Shown here: piece after piece, positions 55,027 to 63,639 of the stretch
Position numbering within the stretch: position 1 is the stretch's first letter
How the letters are laid out: every line of letters begins with the position of its first letter
Origin: Actinomycetota bacterium
Lineage (GTDB): Bacteria; Actinomycetota; UBA4738; HRBIN12
DNA: 64,000 bases
Direction of reading: 5' to 3'
NCBI GenBank assembly: GCA_036390995.1
Contig: DASWAT010000193.1
Location: forward strand, 314-64,313
The notes under the pieces: generated by a model
The model's database searches: none
The model's input: the letters and a program-made list of their open reading frames with translations, nothing else
What the model was told of the DNA's origin: nothing
Translations under genes and position numbers: made by a program

Positions 55027-55748
55027 GTCCTCCCCGCGTGCTGGTGATAGCGATGGTGGAACTCGTCGTGGGTGATCGGCTCGAGCCGGCCCTCCTCGAG
55101 GACCAGGATCCGTTCACACACCTCATGGAACTCGTCGGGGTCGTGCGACACGGCGACCACCGTGGCACCGGCTTCCGCCCGGCGATGGAACTCGCGGACG
55201 ACGCCCGGACGAGCGGCCGGGTCGATCCCGGTGGTCGGCTCGTCGAGCAGCAGGAGCTCCGGATCCCCCACGAGGGCGCGGGCCAGGATCGCCCGTTGCT
55301 GCTGCCCGCCCGACAGCTCGAACAGGCACTCCGCCGACAGATCGCCCAGACCGACCGCATCGATCGCGGCGTTCACCCGACGCCAGTCCGACCGGCCCAT
55401 CCGGCCGAACAGCGGCTTCGACGGCACCAGACCGGCGGCGACCACCTCGGTCACCGAGACCGGGAGGGAGGTCACCGTGCGGAGGCCCTGCGGCGCGTAG
55501 CCGATCCTTCGCAGGATGGACGGGTCGGTGGGCGAGCCGCCGAGCACCCGGACCGTTCCCGCCTCCGGACGGAGCAGCCCGACGAGGAGCCGTAGGAGCG
55601 TCGACTTGCCGCTTCCGTTCGCTCCCGCCAGGACGGCGAACTCGCCGGGCTCCAACCGGAGGTCGAGCCCGTCGAAGATCGGGGCAGCTCCGTAACCGAA
55701 CCGGAGCCCGGAGACCTCGACGGTGAGGCCCGATGCGGCGGCAGCCAT
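55023..55748 (-). CDS. znuC: Zn/Mn ABC transporter ATP-binding protein
   Basis: GANGSGKST, LSGGQQQR, LDEPTTGID and SHD; His-rich tail. Confidence 0.85.
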   Translation of the reverse strand: MAAAASGLTVEVSGLRFGYGAAPIFDGLDLRLEPGEFAVLAGANGSGKSTLLRLLVGLLRPEAGTVRVLGGSPTDPSILRRIGYAPQGLRTVTSLPVSVTEVVAAGLVPSKPLFGRMGRSDWRRVNAAIDAVGLGDLSAECLFELSGGQQQRAILARALVGDPELLLLDEPTTGIDPAARPGVVREFHRRAEAGATVVAVSHDPDEFHEVCERILVLEEGRLEPITHDEFHHRYHQHAGRT

Positions 55749-56638
55749 CACGTCCCGCACCGCAGCCCCTCCTCGAGGCTCGACAGGTTGGCTCGCATCA
55801 CCGAGAGGTAGTCGCCCGAGGTCGGGGCAGATTCGAGCGTCCCGAGCGGCAGCGCCGGCACTCCCACATCGGAGGCGACGCTCTGCCCCACCCGGCGGCC
55901 CTCGTCGGTGGCCTCGTAGAAGACGGCGGGCGCGGCAAGGCCCTGCTCGATGGCTTGGGATGCCGCCTGGATCCTGGTGGCCGACGGCTCGCTCTCGGGC
56001 GTCAGGCCCTCGATCCCCAGCTGCCGGAGCCCGTACCGTGCCGCCAGATAGCCGAACGCCTCGTGCGTGGTGACGAAGGTCGTGAATGCGCAGCTCGAGA
56101 GCTCCTTCCGGTACGCGGCGTCGAGCGAGCCGAGGGCCGAGAGCGTGGCGTCCTCGCGGTCTCGGTAGCCGGCCTCGTGCTGTGGATCGGCCGAGGCGAG
56201 CCCGTCGGCGGCGCGCCGCACGATCTGCTCCATCAGCACGGGATCCAGCCACACGTGCGGGTCGGCCGCGAGGTCCCCCTCGGTGGAGGCGAGCAGCTGC
56301 AGTCCCTTCGAGACCGCGATCACCTGCCCCTGCGCGTCCGCGACCGCGCGCTCGACGTCGGGCTGGAACCCCAGGTCCCCGAGATAGAGAACGAGGGGCG
56401 CCGTCGTGAGATCCGCGCGCTGGGCCGCGGTGAGGGTCGTGTCGTGCGCCTCCGTCCCCGGCGGGGTGAGGTCCTCCACGTCCACCCGGTCGCCCCCCAC
56501 CCGCTGTGCGACCCACGCGAGCGGGTGGAAGGCCGCGACCACCTTCATGCGGCCCTCGGAGCCTCCCGAACCCGTACACGCGGACGCTGCCAGGAGGAGA
56601 ACGAGGGTCCCACCCGTGAGCCGCCATGCCCTGGCCAT
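55748..56638 (-). CDS. znuA: Zn/Mn ABC transporter substrate-binding lipoprotein
   Basis: Lipobox ASAC; EAHD, DPHVWLDP and HEAFGYLA. Confidence 0.85.
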   Translation of the reverse strand: MARAWRLTGGTLVLLLAASACTGSGGSEGRMKVVAAFHPLAWVAQRVGGDRVDVEDLTPPGTEAHDTTLTAAQRADLTTAPLVLYLGDLGFQPDVERAVADAQGQVIAVSKGLQLLASTEGDLAADPHVWLDPVLMEQIVRRAADGLASADPQHEAGYRDREDATLSALGSLDAAYRKELSSCAFTTFVTTHEAFGYLAARYGLRQLGIEGLTPESEPSATRIQAASQAIEQGLAAPAVFYEATDEGRRVGQSVASDVGVPALPLGTLESAPTSGDYLSVMRANLSSLEEGLRCGT

Positions 56639-56655
56639 GTCGCGAAAGGGTAGAC

Positions 56656-56674
56656 GAGAATGATTATCAGTTTC
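56656..56674. promoter_or_regulatory. Fur-family (Zur) box upstream of znuA
   Basis: Minus strand reads GAAACTGATAATCATTCTC, 16/19 to the classical GATAATGATAATCATTATC; lies 3 nt upstream of the TACCCT -10. Confidence 0.72.
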
Positions 56675-57074
56675 AACCCGGGGAGCGGCCCCCCGCCCGA
56701 GACCCGTGCTCGCGGACGGCCCGGCGGATCTCCCCCAGCGCCCGCGCCGACCCGAACCCGAGCTGGCGGGCCCGGCGGGCGAAGCGGTCCGCTGCAGCGG
56801 CCAGCCGTGCCTCGGCCTCGTCCGGTGCCGACGGCAGCGTGTCTGCTACGAAGGTGCCCCGCCTGCCCCGACCGACGATCCACCCGGCCGACTCGAGCTC
56901 CCGGTAGGCCCGGGCCACCGTATTCGCCGCGAGCCCGAGTTCCTCGGCCAGGGCGCGCACGGTCGGCAGCCGGTCGCCCGGCAGGAGACGGCCCCCACCG
57001 ATCGCAGCGGCGATCCGGTCGCGTAGCTGTGTGGAAACCGGGGTCTTCGACGAAGGCTCGATGCGCAGATCCAC
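56673..57074 (-). CDS. GntR family regulator (YtrA-like)
   Basis: PGDRLPTVRALA, NTVARAYRELE and GRGRRGTFV. Confidence 0.88.
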   Translation of the reverse strand: MDLRIEPSSKTPVSTQLRDRIAAAIGGGRLLPGDRLPTVRALAEELGLAANTVARAYRELESAGWIVGRGRRGTFVADTLPSAPDEAEARLAAAADRFARRARQLGFGSARALGEIRRAVREHGSRAGGRSPG

Positions 57075-57140
57075 GGCGCCATCATGACCCATGCCCCCGC
57101 CGGTTTGAGAACGCGCCTGCGCGCCGGTAGCCTCCATCCC

Positions 57141-58175
57141 ATGGGCGTCCTCGTCGGCATCGGGTTGTTCACGGGCCAGCTCCCGGCAGGATCGGAACGG
57201 ACCTTCGCGCGCGAGTACCGGGAGATGCTCGACCTCGTCCGGCTGGCGGAGGCGCTCGGGTTCGACTCCGCCTGGGTGAGCGAGCACCACGGGGCGTCCG
57301 ACGGCTACCTCCCCTCCCTGCTGGCGATGCTGGCCGCCTTCGCCGCGTCCACCGAGCGGCTCCTGCTGGGGACCGGAGTGGTCCTCACCCCGTTGCACGA
57401 TCCGATCCGCCTGGCGGAGGATGCGGCGGTCGTCGACCAGCTCTCGGACGGACGTCTGATCCTTGGCCTCGGGCTGGGCTGGCGCCAGGAGGAGTTCCGG
57501 ATGTTCGGCGTGCCGGCTGCCGAGCGGCTCCAACGCACGGTCGAGACGGTCGAGATCCTGCGCCGGGCGTGGACGGGGCAGCGGTTCTCGTTCCAGGGCC
57601 GCTCGTTCCGGTACGACCGCGTCCGGGTCACCCCGCCGCCCGCACGAGCGGGCGGTCCTCCGATCTTCCTCGGTGGCTACACGGAACGCGCCGTTCGCCG
57701 GGCCGGACGGCTCGGCGACGGCTACATCACGGACGCCGACGCCCTGGATGAGGTGCGTCCGGTCATGCGGCTCTTCGACGAGGGCGCGCGGGAAGCGGGC
57801 AAGGATCCTCGCGGCATGGGGCTGGCGCTGTTGCAGAACGTGTTCGTCGCGCGCGAGGGTGACGCGTGGCAGATCGCACGTCCCGGCGTGGTCCACCAGC
57901 TCGGGGCGTACACGGCGTGGGACGAGGGAGCCGACACGCCGGACCGCGACGAGCTCGTTCCCAGGGCCGACGACGAGGAGGCCCTTCGGAGGTCCACGGC
58001 CGCGGGAACCCCCGAGGAGGTGGCCCACGCCCTTCGACCGCTCGTGAACGCCTTCGGCGACCGGGAGCTGCATCTCGTGCTCCGGCTGCACTACCCGGGC
58101 ATGGACTTCGACACGGCAAGCCGTGCGGTGGAGGCGTTCGGAGAAGAGGTGCTCCCCGCGCTGAAGGGGAGCTGA
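57141..58175 (+). CDS. LLM-class flavin-dependent oxidoreductase
   Basis: GFDSAWVSEHH, HDPIRLAED, LSDGRLILGLGLGW and AGRLGDG. Confidence 0.9.
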   Translation: MGVLVGIGLFTGQLPAGSERTFAREYREMLDLVRLAEALGFDSAWVSEHHGASDGYLPSLLAMLAAFAASTERLLLGTGVVLTPLHDPIRLAEDAAVVDQLSDGRLILGLGLGWRQEEFRMFGVPAAERLQRTVETVEILRRAWTGQRFSFQGRSFRYDRVRVTPPPARAGGPPIFLGGYTERAVRRAGRLGDGYITDADALDEVRPVMRLFDEGAREAGKDPRGMGLALLQNVFVAREGDAWQIARPGVVHQLGAYTAWDEGADTPDRDELVPRADDEEALRRSTAAGTPEEVAHALRPLVNAFGDRELHLVLRLHYPGMDFDTASRAVEAFGEEVLPALKGS

Positions 58176-58213
58176 CGGGTCCCGAGAGGGGACGAGGGAC
58201 CCGTCGGCTCAGC

Positions 58214-58447
58214 TCATCGTCGCGTCTCGTCGAGCACTCGCCGGCGGTCCCGGTACTCCTCTTCCGAGATCTCGCCTCGGGCGTATCGCTCGTCCAGGAT
58301 CTCTCGGGGATCACGCTGCCGTGAGGCCGGCGAGGAAGGCTCCCGGCTGAAGGCCCGGACGATCAGGACGACGACCGCCACGATGGCCACCCAGGACAGG
58401 ATCATCCAGAGGATCCCCCAGCCGCCGTCGTTCCAGCCGTACATCAT
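58214..58447 (-). CDS. SHOCT domain-containing membrane protein
   Basis: MMYGW, a TM, then EILDERYARGEISEEEY. Confidence 0.88.
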   Translation of the reverse strand: MMYGWNDGGWGILWMILSWVAIVAVVVLIVRAFSREPSSPASRQRDPREILDERYARGEISEEEYRDRRRVLDETRR

Positions 58448-58454
58448 CGCCTGC

Positions 58455-58877
58455 TCAACTCCCCATCATCCCGCCGGGACCGTAGCCATCCATCATGCTG
58501 CCGGGACCGTAGCCACCCATCATGCCCGGGCCCGGGCCGAAGCCGCCGACCTGGCTCATGTGCTCGCGCATCTGGTCCGTCATGTGCTGCCTGATCTGGT
58601 CGCGGTCCTGGTTGCCCAGCTGCTGCTGCATCTGCTCGTGGAGGCGGTCGCACTGCGCCGCGAACTCCGGACCCATATGCTCCCGCATCTGCTCCATCCA
58701 CGCCGAGTCGTGCATCGCGTCCATCGCGGCCCACCAGTCGGAGGAGTCGCCGCTCGAGAACGTCGCGTTCATGGCTTGTCCCGCGGGCACCCTGGGTCCG
58801 GAGCCGAAGGCGAACCCGAGCGTCAGGGCGACGCCGAGCCCGATCACCGCTCCGACTGCGATCCACCGTGTCTTCAT
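58455..58877 (-). CDS. Secreted/anchored Met/His/Gln-rich protein with GYGPGxMM repeats
   Basis: N-terminal hydrophobic segment, AMDAMH, EHM motifs; RBS AAAGGAG. Confidence 0.78.
   Translation of the reverse strand: MKTRWIAVGAVIGLGVALTLGFAFGSGPRVPAGQAMNATFSSGDSSDWWAAMDAMHDSAWMEQMREHMGPEFAAQCDRLHEQMQQQLGNQDRDQIRQHMTDQMREHMSQVGGFGPGPGMMGGYGPGSMMDGYGPGGMMGS
58464..58544 (-). repeat. Three 27-nt coding tandem repeats (G-Y/F-GPGxMM-G/D)
   Basis: CATCAT units recur at 58464, 58491 and 58518. Confidence 0.75.
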
Positions 58878-60301
58878 GGTCGTTCTCCTTTCATCGCCCC
58901 CACAGTAGCCGTGCCGTGTGAAGGGCCGGTGAAGACCACACGCGGCGGCGATGAAGCCCCCGGGACACGGACCGTGAAGATCGTCCCTCGGCCGAGCTCG
59001 CTCGCGACCTGCAGGTCGCCACCGTGAGCCTGGACCAGCTCCCGAGCCACGGTAAGCCCGATGCCGGAGCCACCGGCCCTGGAGCTCCGGCCACGGAAGA
59101 ACCGATCGAAGACGTGTGGCAGCTCGTCCGGCGGGATGCCCGGGCCGGTATCGGCCACGGTGATGACCGCGTCGTCGTTGTCGACGCCAAGGCCCAAGCG
59201 CACCTCCCCGCCGGGCGGCGTGAACTTCAGCGCGTTGGACAGCAGGTTCGTGACGATCTGACGGATACGCGTCGCGTCGGCCTCCACGACGACCTCGGCC
59301 AGATCCGCCGCGAGGCGGACATCCTCGGCCTCGTACGGACCGGCGAACTCCAAGGCCGCCTCCTCCAGGAGGGGCCGCAGCTCCAGCCTCTGCCGAACGA
59401 GGGAGAACCCGGCTGCCTCGGCGGACGCGAGCGTCTCCAGGTCGGCGACCAGTCCCTGGAGCCGGAGCGTCTCCTCGTGCAGCGAGGCCATCGACGCCGA
59501 CGACGGCTCGACGACGCCGTCCTGGATCCCCTCGACCTGTGTGCGGAGGATCGTGAGCGGCGTCCGGAGCTCGTGCGCCACGTCTGCCGCGAAGGCCCGG
59601 CGCAGTCGATCCTCCTCCTCGATCGTGTCCGCCATCGAGTTGAAGGCACTCGCCATCTCGCCCAGCTCGTCGGCCGCCTCGAACTCGACCCGCGTGGACC
59701 GGTCTCCGGCAGCGAGCGAGCGGGCCGCGCGCGTGAGCTCCCGCGCCGGCGCCGTCGCTCGACGGGCCAGGACGAAACCGAGCGCCAGCGCAACGAGACC
59801 GGCGAGGATCCCGCCTACGAGCAGCAGCCGGTTGACCGAGGAACGGAATGCCTCGTCCTGCGGGAGCAGGCCGGGCCGGGGGAGCCGCATCACGACCGTT
59901 CCCACAACCGAGCTGCCGACCCGGACGGGCAGCCGCTGCTCGGGACCCAGGGGCCCGCTTCCCATCATCCGCCGGTGCACGGCCGCCATCGCGCTTCCGA
60001 CCGCACCGGTCGAGGTCCATACGGTACGACCGCTCATATCCAGCAGCCGCACCGTTCCGCCGTCCATGAGCGCCATCGGGGCAAGGGAGTTCAGGTCCTC
60101 GCGGTCCCAACCGTCCATCCTCGCGTACGAGTCGGTCAGCGCGGCAAGCAGTTGCTGCTGATGGGCGGCCTGCTGATCCGCGAGGTAGCTCGTGAACCGC
60201 GTGCCGAACGCGAGGTTCACGAGGATCGCAGTGATCGCGGCCGCGGCCACGCCGACGCCAGCGAAGGCCGCAGCAAGGCGGAGCGCGTACGACCTACGCA
60301 T
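58874..60301 (-). CDS. HAMP-domain sensor histidine kinase (BaeS/CopS-like)
   Basis: Two TMs, HAMP (DELGEMASAFNSMA), AHELRTPL, NLLSNALKF, DTGPGI and GSGIGL. Confidence 0.92.
   Translation of the reverse strand: MRRSYALRLAAAFAGVGVAAAAITAILVNLAFGTRFTSYLADQQAAHQQQLLAALTDSYARMDGWDREDLNSLAPMALMDGGTVRLLDMSGRTVWTSTGAVGSAMAAVHRRMMGSGPLGPEQRLPVRVGSSVVGTVVMRLPRPGLLPQDEAFRSSVNRLLLVGGILAGLVALALGFVLARRATAPARELTRAARSLAAGDRSTRVEFEAADELGEMASAFNSMADTIEEEDRLRRAFAADVAHELRTPLTILRTQVEGIQDGVVEPSSASMASLHEETLRLQGLVADLETLASAEAAGFSLVRQRLELRPLLEEAALEFAGPYEAEDVRLAADLAEVVVEADATRIRQIVTNLLSNALKFTPPGGEVRLGLGVDNDDAVITVADTGPGIPPDELPHVFDRFFRGRSSRAGGSGIGLTVARELVQAHGGDLQVASELGRGTIFTVRVPGASSPPRVVFTGPSHGTATVGAMKGERP
58918..58934. 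promoter_or_regulatory. GTGAAG-N5-GTGAAG direct repeat (11-bp period) with a TACTGT -10 for the Met-rich gene, inside the 3' end of the kinase
   Basis: Repeats at 58918-58923 and 58929-58934; minus-strand -10 at 58907-58902. Confidence 0.55.
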
Positions 60302-60995
60302 CTGCCTTCACTCCGAACTTGTAGCCCACCCCGGTCACGGTGATCACGAACGTCGGGTGCTTCGGGTCGTCGCCCAGCTTGCGGCGCAGGTTCTTCACGT
60401 GAGCGTCGATCGTGCGCTCGTAGCCTTCGTAGTCGTAGCCCTGAACCTTCGTGATGAGCTCGTAGCGCGAGAACACGCGGCCCGGGTGCGCGCCGAGCGC
60501 ATACAGGAGGTCGAATTCGCTCCGCGTGAGCTCGACGGGCTCGCCTCCGACGGTGACCTCGCGGGCGTCGAGGTCGATCACGAGCCCGCCTCCGACGAAG
60601 GACACGGCCCGTGAGACGCCGTTCCCGTCCCCGGAGCGTCGCAGCACAGCCTCGACCCTGGCGACGAGCTCCCGCGGGCTGAACGGCTTGACCAGGTAGT
60701 CGTCGGCCCCCAGGCGCAACCCGGCGACCCGGTCCTCCTCCGAGGCCTTCGCCGTCAGCATGATGATCGGCACGTTCGAATGGGAGCGGACCGTCCGGGC
60801 GATCTCTTCGCCGGAGAGGTCGGGGAGCATGAGGTCGAGCACGACCAGCTCGGGGTGAGCACGCTCGAGGGTCTCGAGCGCCTGCTGGCCGGAATCGGCG
60901 ACGAGGACCGCGTAGCCCTCCCGCTCCAGGTAGGAACGAACGAGATCGCGGATCTTCCGTTCGTCGTCGACCACGAGGATCGTGGCCGTTCCCAT
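60294..60995 (-). CDS. OmpR-family response regulator
   Basis: ILVVDDE, VLDLMLP, MLTAK, ADDYLVKPF, TIDAHVKNLRRKL and GVGYKF. Confidence 0.94.
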   Translation of the reverse strand: MGTATILVVDDERKIRDLVRSYLEREGYAVLVADSGQQALETLERAHPELVVLDLMLPDLSGEEIARTVRSHSNVPIIMLTAKASEEDRVAGLRLGADDYLVKPFSPRELVARVEAVLRRSGDGNGVSRAVSFVGGGLVIDLDAREVTVGGEPVELTRSEFDLLYALGAHPGRVFSRYELITKVQGYDYEGYERTIDAHVKNLRRKLGDDPKHPTFVITVTGVGYKFGVKADA

Positions 60996-61090
60996 CGCAC
61001 TCTCCTCTGCTCTTGGACCGAGGGTAGGGAGGCCCCGAAACCGGACTCAGGGCCCTTCGCCCCGTCCTCCCAGGGCCGTTCGGGTACGGA

Positions 61091-62275
61091 TCAGTTGTCG
61101 CTTGCGCCCTGGGCGATCCACGTCACGATCAGCTGGATCTGCTCCTCGGCGAGCGGCGGCAGGGACGGCGGCATCTGCATCCCGACCGAGAGCAGGTGCT
61201 CGATGAGCTCGCTCTTCTCGGGCTTGCCGGGCACGATGACCGCCTCATTGGCCATCACGCCCTCATAGGAGTCCAGGCGGAGACCGCCGGGGGGCGGCGA
61301 ATCCTCGGGCGCCACGACATGCGGTCCGCCGTTCGCTAGGAAGATCGGAAGCACCTCGTTCGAGAAGCTGACCGGCCGCGTGAGCGGTTCCGGCATCTCC
61401 CGCATCTCCATCGCCTGACCGAGGTGGGCCACCGAGGTGCGGTGATAGCCGGCCGTGGCCGGAGGCGCCATGAGGTTGCCGTGCGTTCGCGGCGAGCGGG
61501 CCACGACGGCGACGAGCCCCGTGCCGATCGCCGCGATGCCGACCTGGGCACCGAGCGGCAGCGCGCGGGCCAGGAACTGCCGCCGGCTTTGCCCGGTCAC
61601 GGCGGCCCTCGTGGCGGGGTGCGAGCTCGGTGGCCGGGAGATCCGGAGGATCCGCACGCCGACCAGGAAGAACATCGCCCAGACGAACGCGATGACGGCT
61701 GCCAGCACCCACAGGTTCAGCCCGGGGATCCGGATGCCCGCCGATGGCGAGTACAGCTGTGTGTCACCATGGACCTCCAGGTCGACCTCCTCCATCACCG
61801 GCTCGTACCTTCCGCTCCCCGGGAAGTAAGCGGCGATCTCGTATCCGCCGGAGGTTCGGGGCCGCGTCGTGAGCGTGGCAACACCATCACGGTTCGTCAC
61901 CGCCGAGCCGATGACCATGTGCCCTTGGAACTCCTCCCCCCAGAAGGCGTCCGCCTCGAACACGATCGTCATCCCGGCGATCGGGCCCCCCCTGCGATCC
62001 GTGAGGACAGCCCGTGCGAGGACTGGTCGGCCGAGCGTGGCCTCCTTCGGAACGATCACCTCCAGGTGCGTGGCCATCGATCGCGCCGACGCGCTCGTGC
62101 CGCTCATGCCCCCGCCAGTCTCCGCGCCGGGCTCCGTAACCTGCGCCTCGGGAGGCTGCTCGTCCATGCTCCCGTGTGCAAGGGCGGCCGTCGGGACCAG
62201 CGAGAGGGCAAGCAGCGCGCCGACGACCGGAACGAGGATCCGTCGCCCCCCCGGTGTGTACGGGCGGGGTCTCAC
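61091..62275 (-). CDS. 394-aa membrane protein: signal peptide, Ig-like domain, TM, internal RR motif, TM, Cys-less PSCyt1-like cytochrome domain
   Basis: SRRQFL at 61588-61571; VSFSNEVLPIFLANGGPH..GLRLDS..IVPGKPEKSEL..QMPP..LIVTWIAQGA; GTGA-coupled to nrfD. Confidence 0.75.
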   Translation of the reverse strand: MRPRPYTPGGRRILVPVVGALLALSLVPTAALAHGSMDEQPPEAQVTEPGAETGGGMSGTSASARSMATHLEVIVPKEATLGRPVLARAVLTDRRGGPIAGMTIVFEADAFWGEEFQGHMVIGSAVTNRDGVATLTTRPRTSGGYEIAAYFPGSGRYEPVMEEVDLEVHGDTQLYSPSAGIRIPGLNLWVLAAVIAFVWAMFFLVGVRILRISRPPSSHPATRAAVTGQSRRQFLARALPLGAQVGIAAIGTGLVAVVARSPRTHGNLMAPPATAGYHRTSVAHLGQAMEMREMPEPLTRPVSFSNEVLPIFLANGGPHVVAPEDSPPPGGLRLDSYEGVMANEAVIVPGKPEKSELIEHLLSVGMQMPPSLPPLAEEQIQLIVTWIAQGASDN

Positions 62276-63639
62276 GATCCGACCACCTCCGGAGCAGCAA
62301 CGGGCAGCGGTTGGCGGTGGATCCCCTCCAGGCCCGCCTCGTGCTCGCGGATCTCCCAGATCGACAGCACGGGCACGAATCGCACGAAGACGGCGATGAT
62401 CAATCCGAACAGCGCGAACGCTCCCGCAGTGATCGCGAGCTCGACCCAGGCGGGGAAGTAGCGCGCGGGGCTCGGATACGGCATCTGCGGAACCCGCAGG
62501 CTGGCCACCACGATGATGTAGCGCTCGAGCCACATCGAGACGTCCACGAGGATGGCCGCGATCACGACGTTCCGGATGGTCCGGGCCCGTCGGAAGAGCA
62601 TCACCAGGCCCGGCACGAGCAGCCCGGCGAACACGTAGAACCAGTACAGGGGTGCGAACGAGCCGGTGAAGATCGAGCCGAGATAGACGGGCTCGTTGCC
62701 CTCGAGCTTGTAGCCCGCGGTGACGAACTCGGAGAGGTTGAAGTACAACATGATCATCGCGAGCGCCGCCATGAGGTACCCGAGGTTCACGAACTGCTGC
62801 GGCGCGATCCAACGCTCGAGGTGCAACACCCGGCGGAGGATGGCCATCACGACGATCAATGTGGCGATGCCGGAGAAGATCGCTCCTGCGACGAAGTAGA
62901 TGCCGAACACAGCCGTGTTCCACCCGGTTCGAAGCGTCATCGCGAAGATCCACGACACGACGGTGTGGACCGAGACCGCCACGAAGATGATGACGATCAT
63001 CATCAGCCCGAGCCCGCCCGCGAGGTTCGCCCGCTGCGCTGCGGAGCCGGTCCATCCGAGCGACAGCGTCCGGAAGAACCAGGCCTTGCGCCGGGACACC
63101 ACGCCGCTCAGCCGCTCTCGGCACGTGGCGAGGTCCGGGATCAACGGCAGGTAGAGGTACATGAGACTGCCGATGAAGTACGTGGAGATCGCGAAGAAGT
63201 CCCAAAGGATCGGCGAGGGCCACCGACCGTATCGCAGCACGTTCAGCATCCGGTCTGGGCGGCCGAGATCCAGGATGGGGAACAGGGCGCCCACGGACAG
63301 CGCCACCACGGTGATGAACTCGGCCATGCGCGTGATCGGCGTGCGCCATCCCGCATGGCTCACGCGAAGGATCGCCGAGATGAGCGTCCCCGCGTGACTG
63401 ATGCCGATGAAGAAGACGAAGTTCGTGATGTACAGGCCCCACATGATCTTGTTCTGGCTGGAGGCCATGCCCGTCACGGCGAGCCCGCGGCGGAGCTGGA
63501 CCGTGTAGGCGAATACCCCGAACCCGAACACGGCGAGGAACCCGAGGATCAGGAGGTAGTAGCCGGGGCGCACCTTGCGGAGCGGCCGCAGAACGGTTGC
63601 CTCGAGCTCGTCGCGGATCTCGAGTGTCTGTTCGGCCAT
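62272..63639 (-). CDS. nrfD: NrfD/PsrC/ActC-family quinol-interacting membrane subunit
   Basis: WGLYITNFVFFIGISHAG, DLGRPDR, SPILWDF, LIPDLA, VHTVVSW and WLERYIIV. Confidence 0.88.
   Translation of the reverse strand: MAEQTLEIRDELEATVLRPLRKVRPGYYLLILGFLAVFGFGVFAYTVQLRRGLAVTGMASSQNKIMWGLYITNFVFFIGISHAGTLISAILRVSHAGWRTPITRMAEFITVVALSVGALFPILDLGRPDRMLNVLRYGRWPSPILWDFFAISTYFIGSLMYLYLPLIPDLATCRERLSGVVSRRKAWFFRTLSLGWTGSAAQRANLAGGLGLMMIVIIFVAVSVHTVVSWIFAMTLRTGWNTAVFGIYFVAGAIFSGIATLIVVMAILRRVLHLERWIAPQQFVNLGYLMAALAMIMLYFNLSEFVTAGYKLEGNEPVYLGSIFTGSFAPLYWFYVFAGLLVPGLVMLFRRARTIRNVVIAAILVDVSMWLERYIIVVASLRVPQMPYPSPARYFPAWVELAITAGAFALFGLIIAVFVRFVPVLSIWEIREHEAGLEGIHRQPLPVAAPEVVGS

Noticed and set aside
58464-58544. 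27-nt repeats as a CRISPR array
   Set aside because: No spacers, in-frame coding repeats, and no cas genes.
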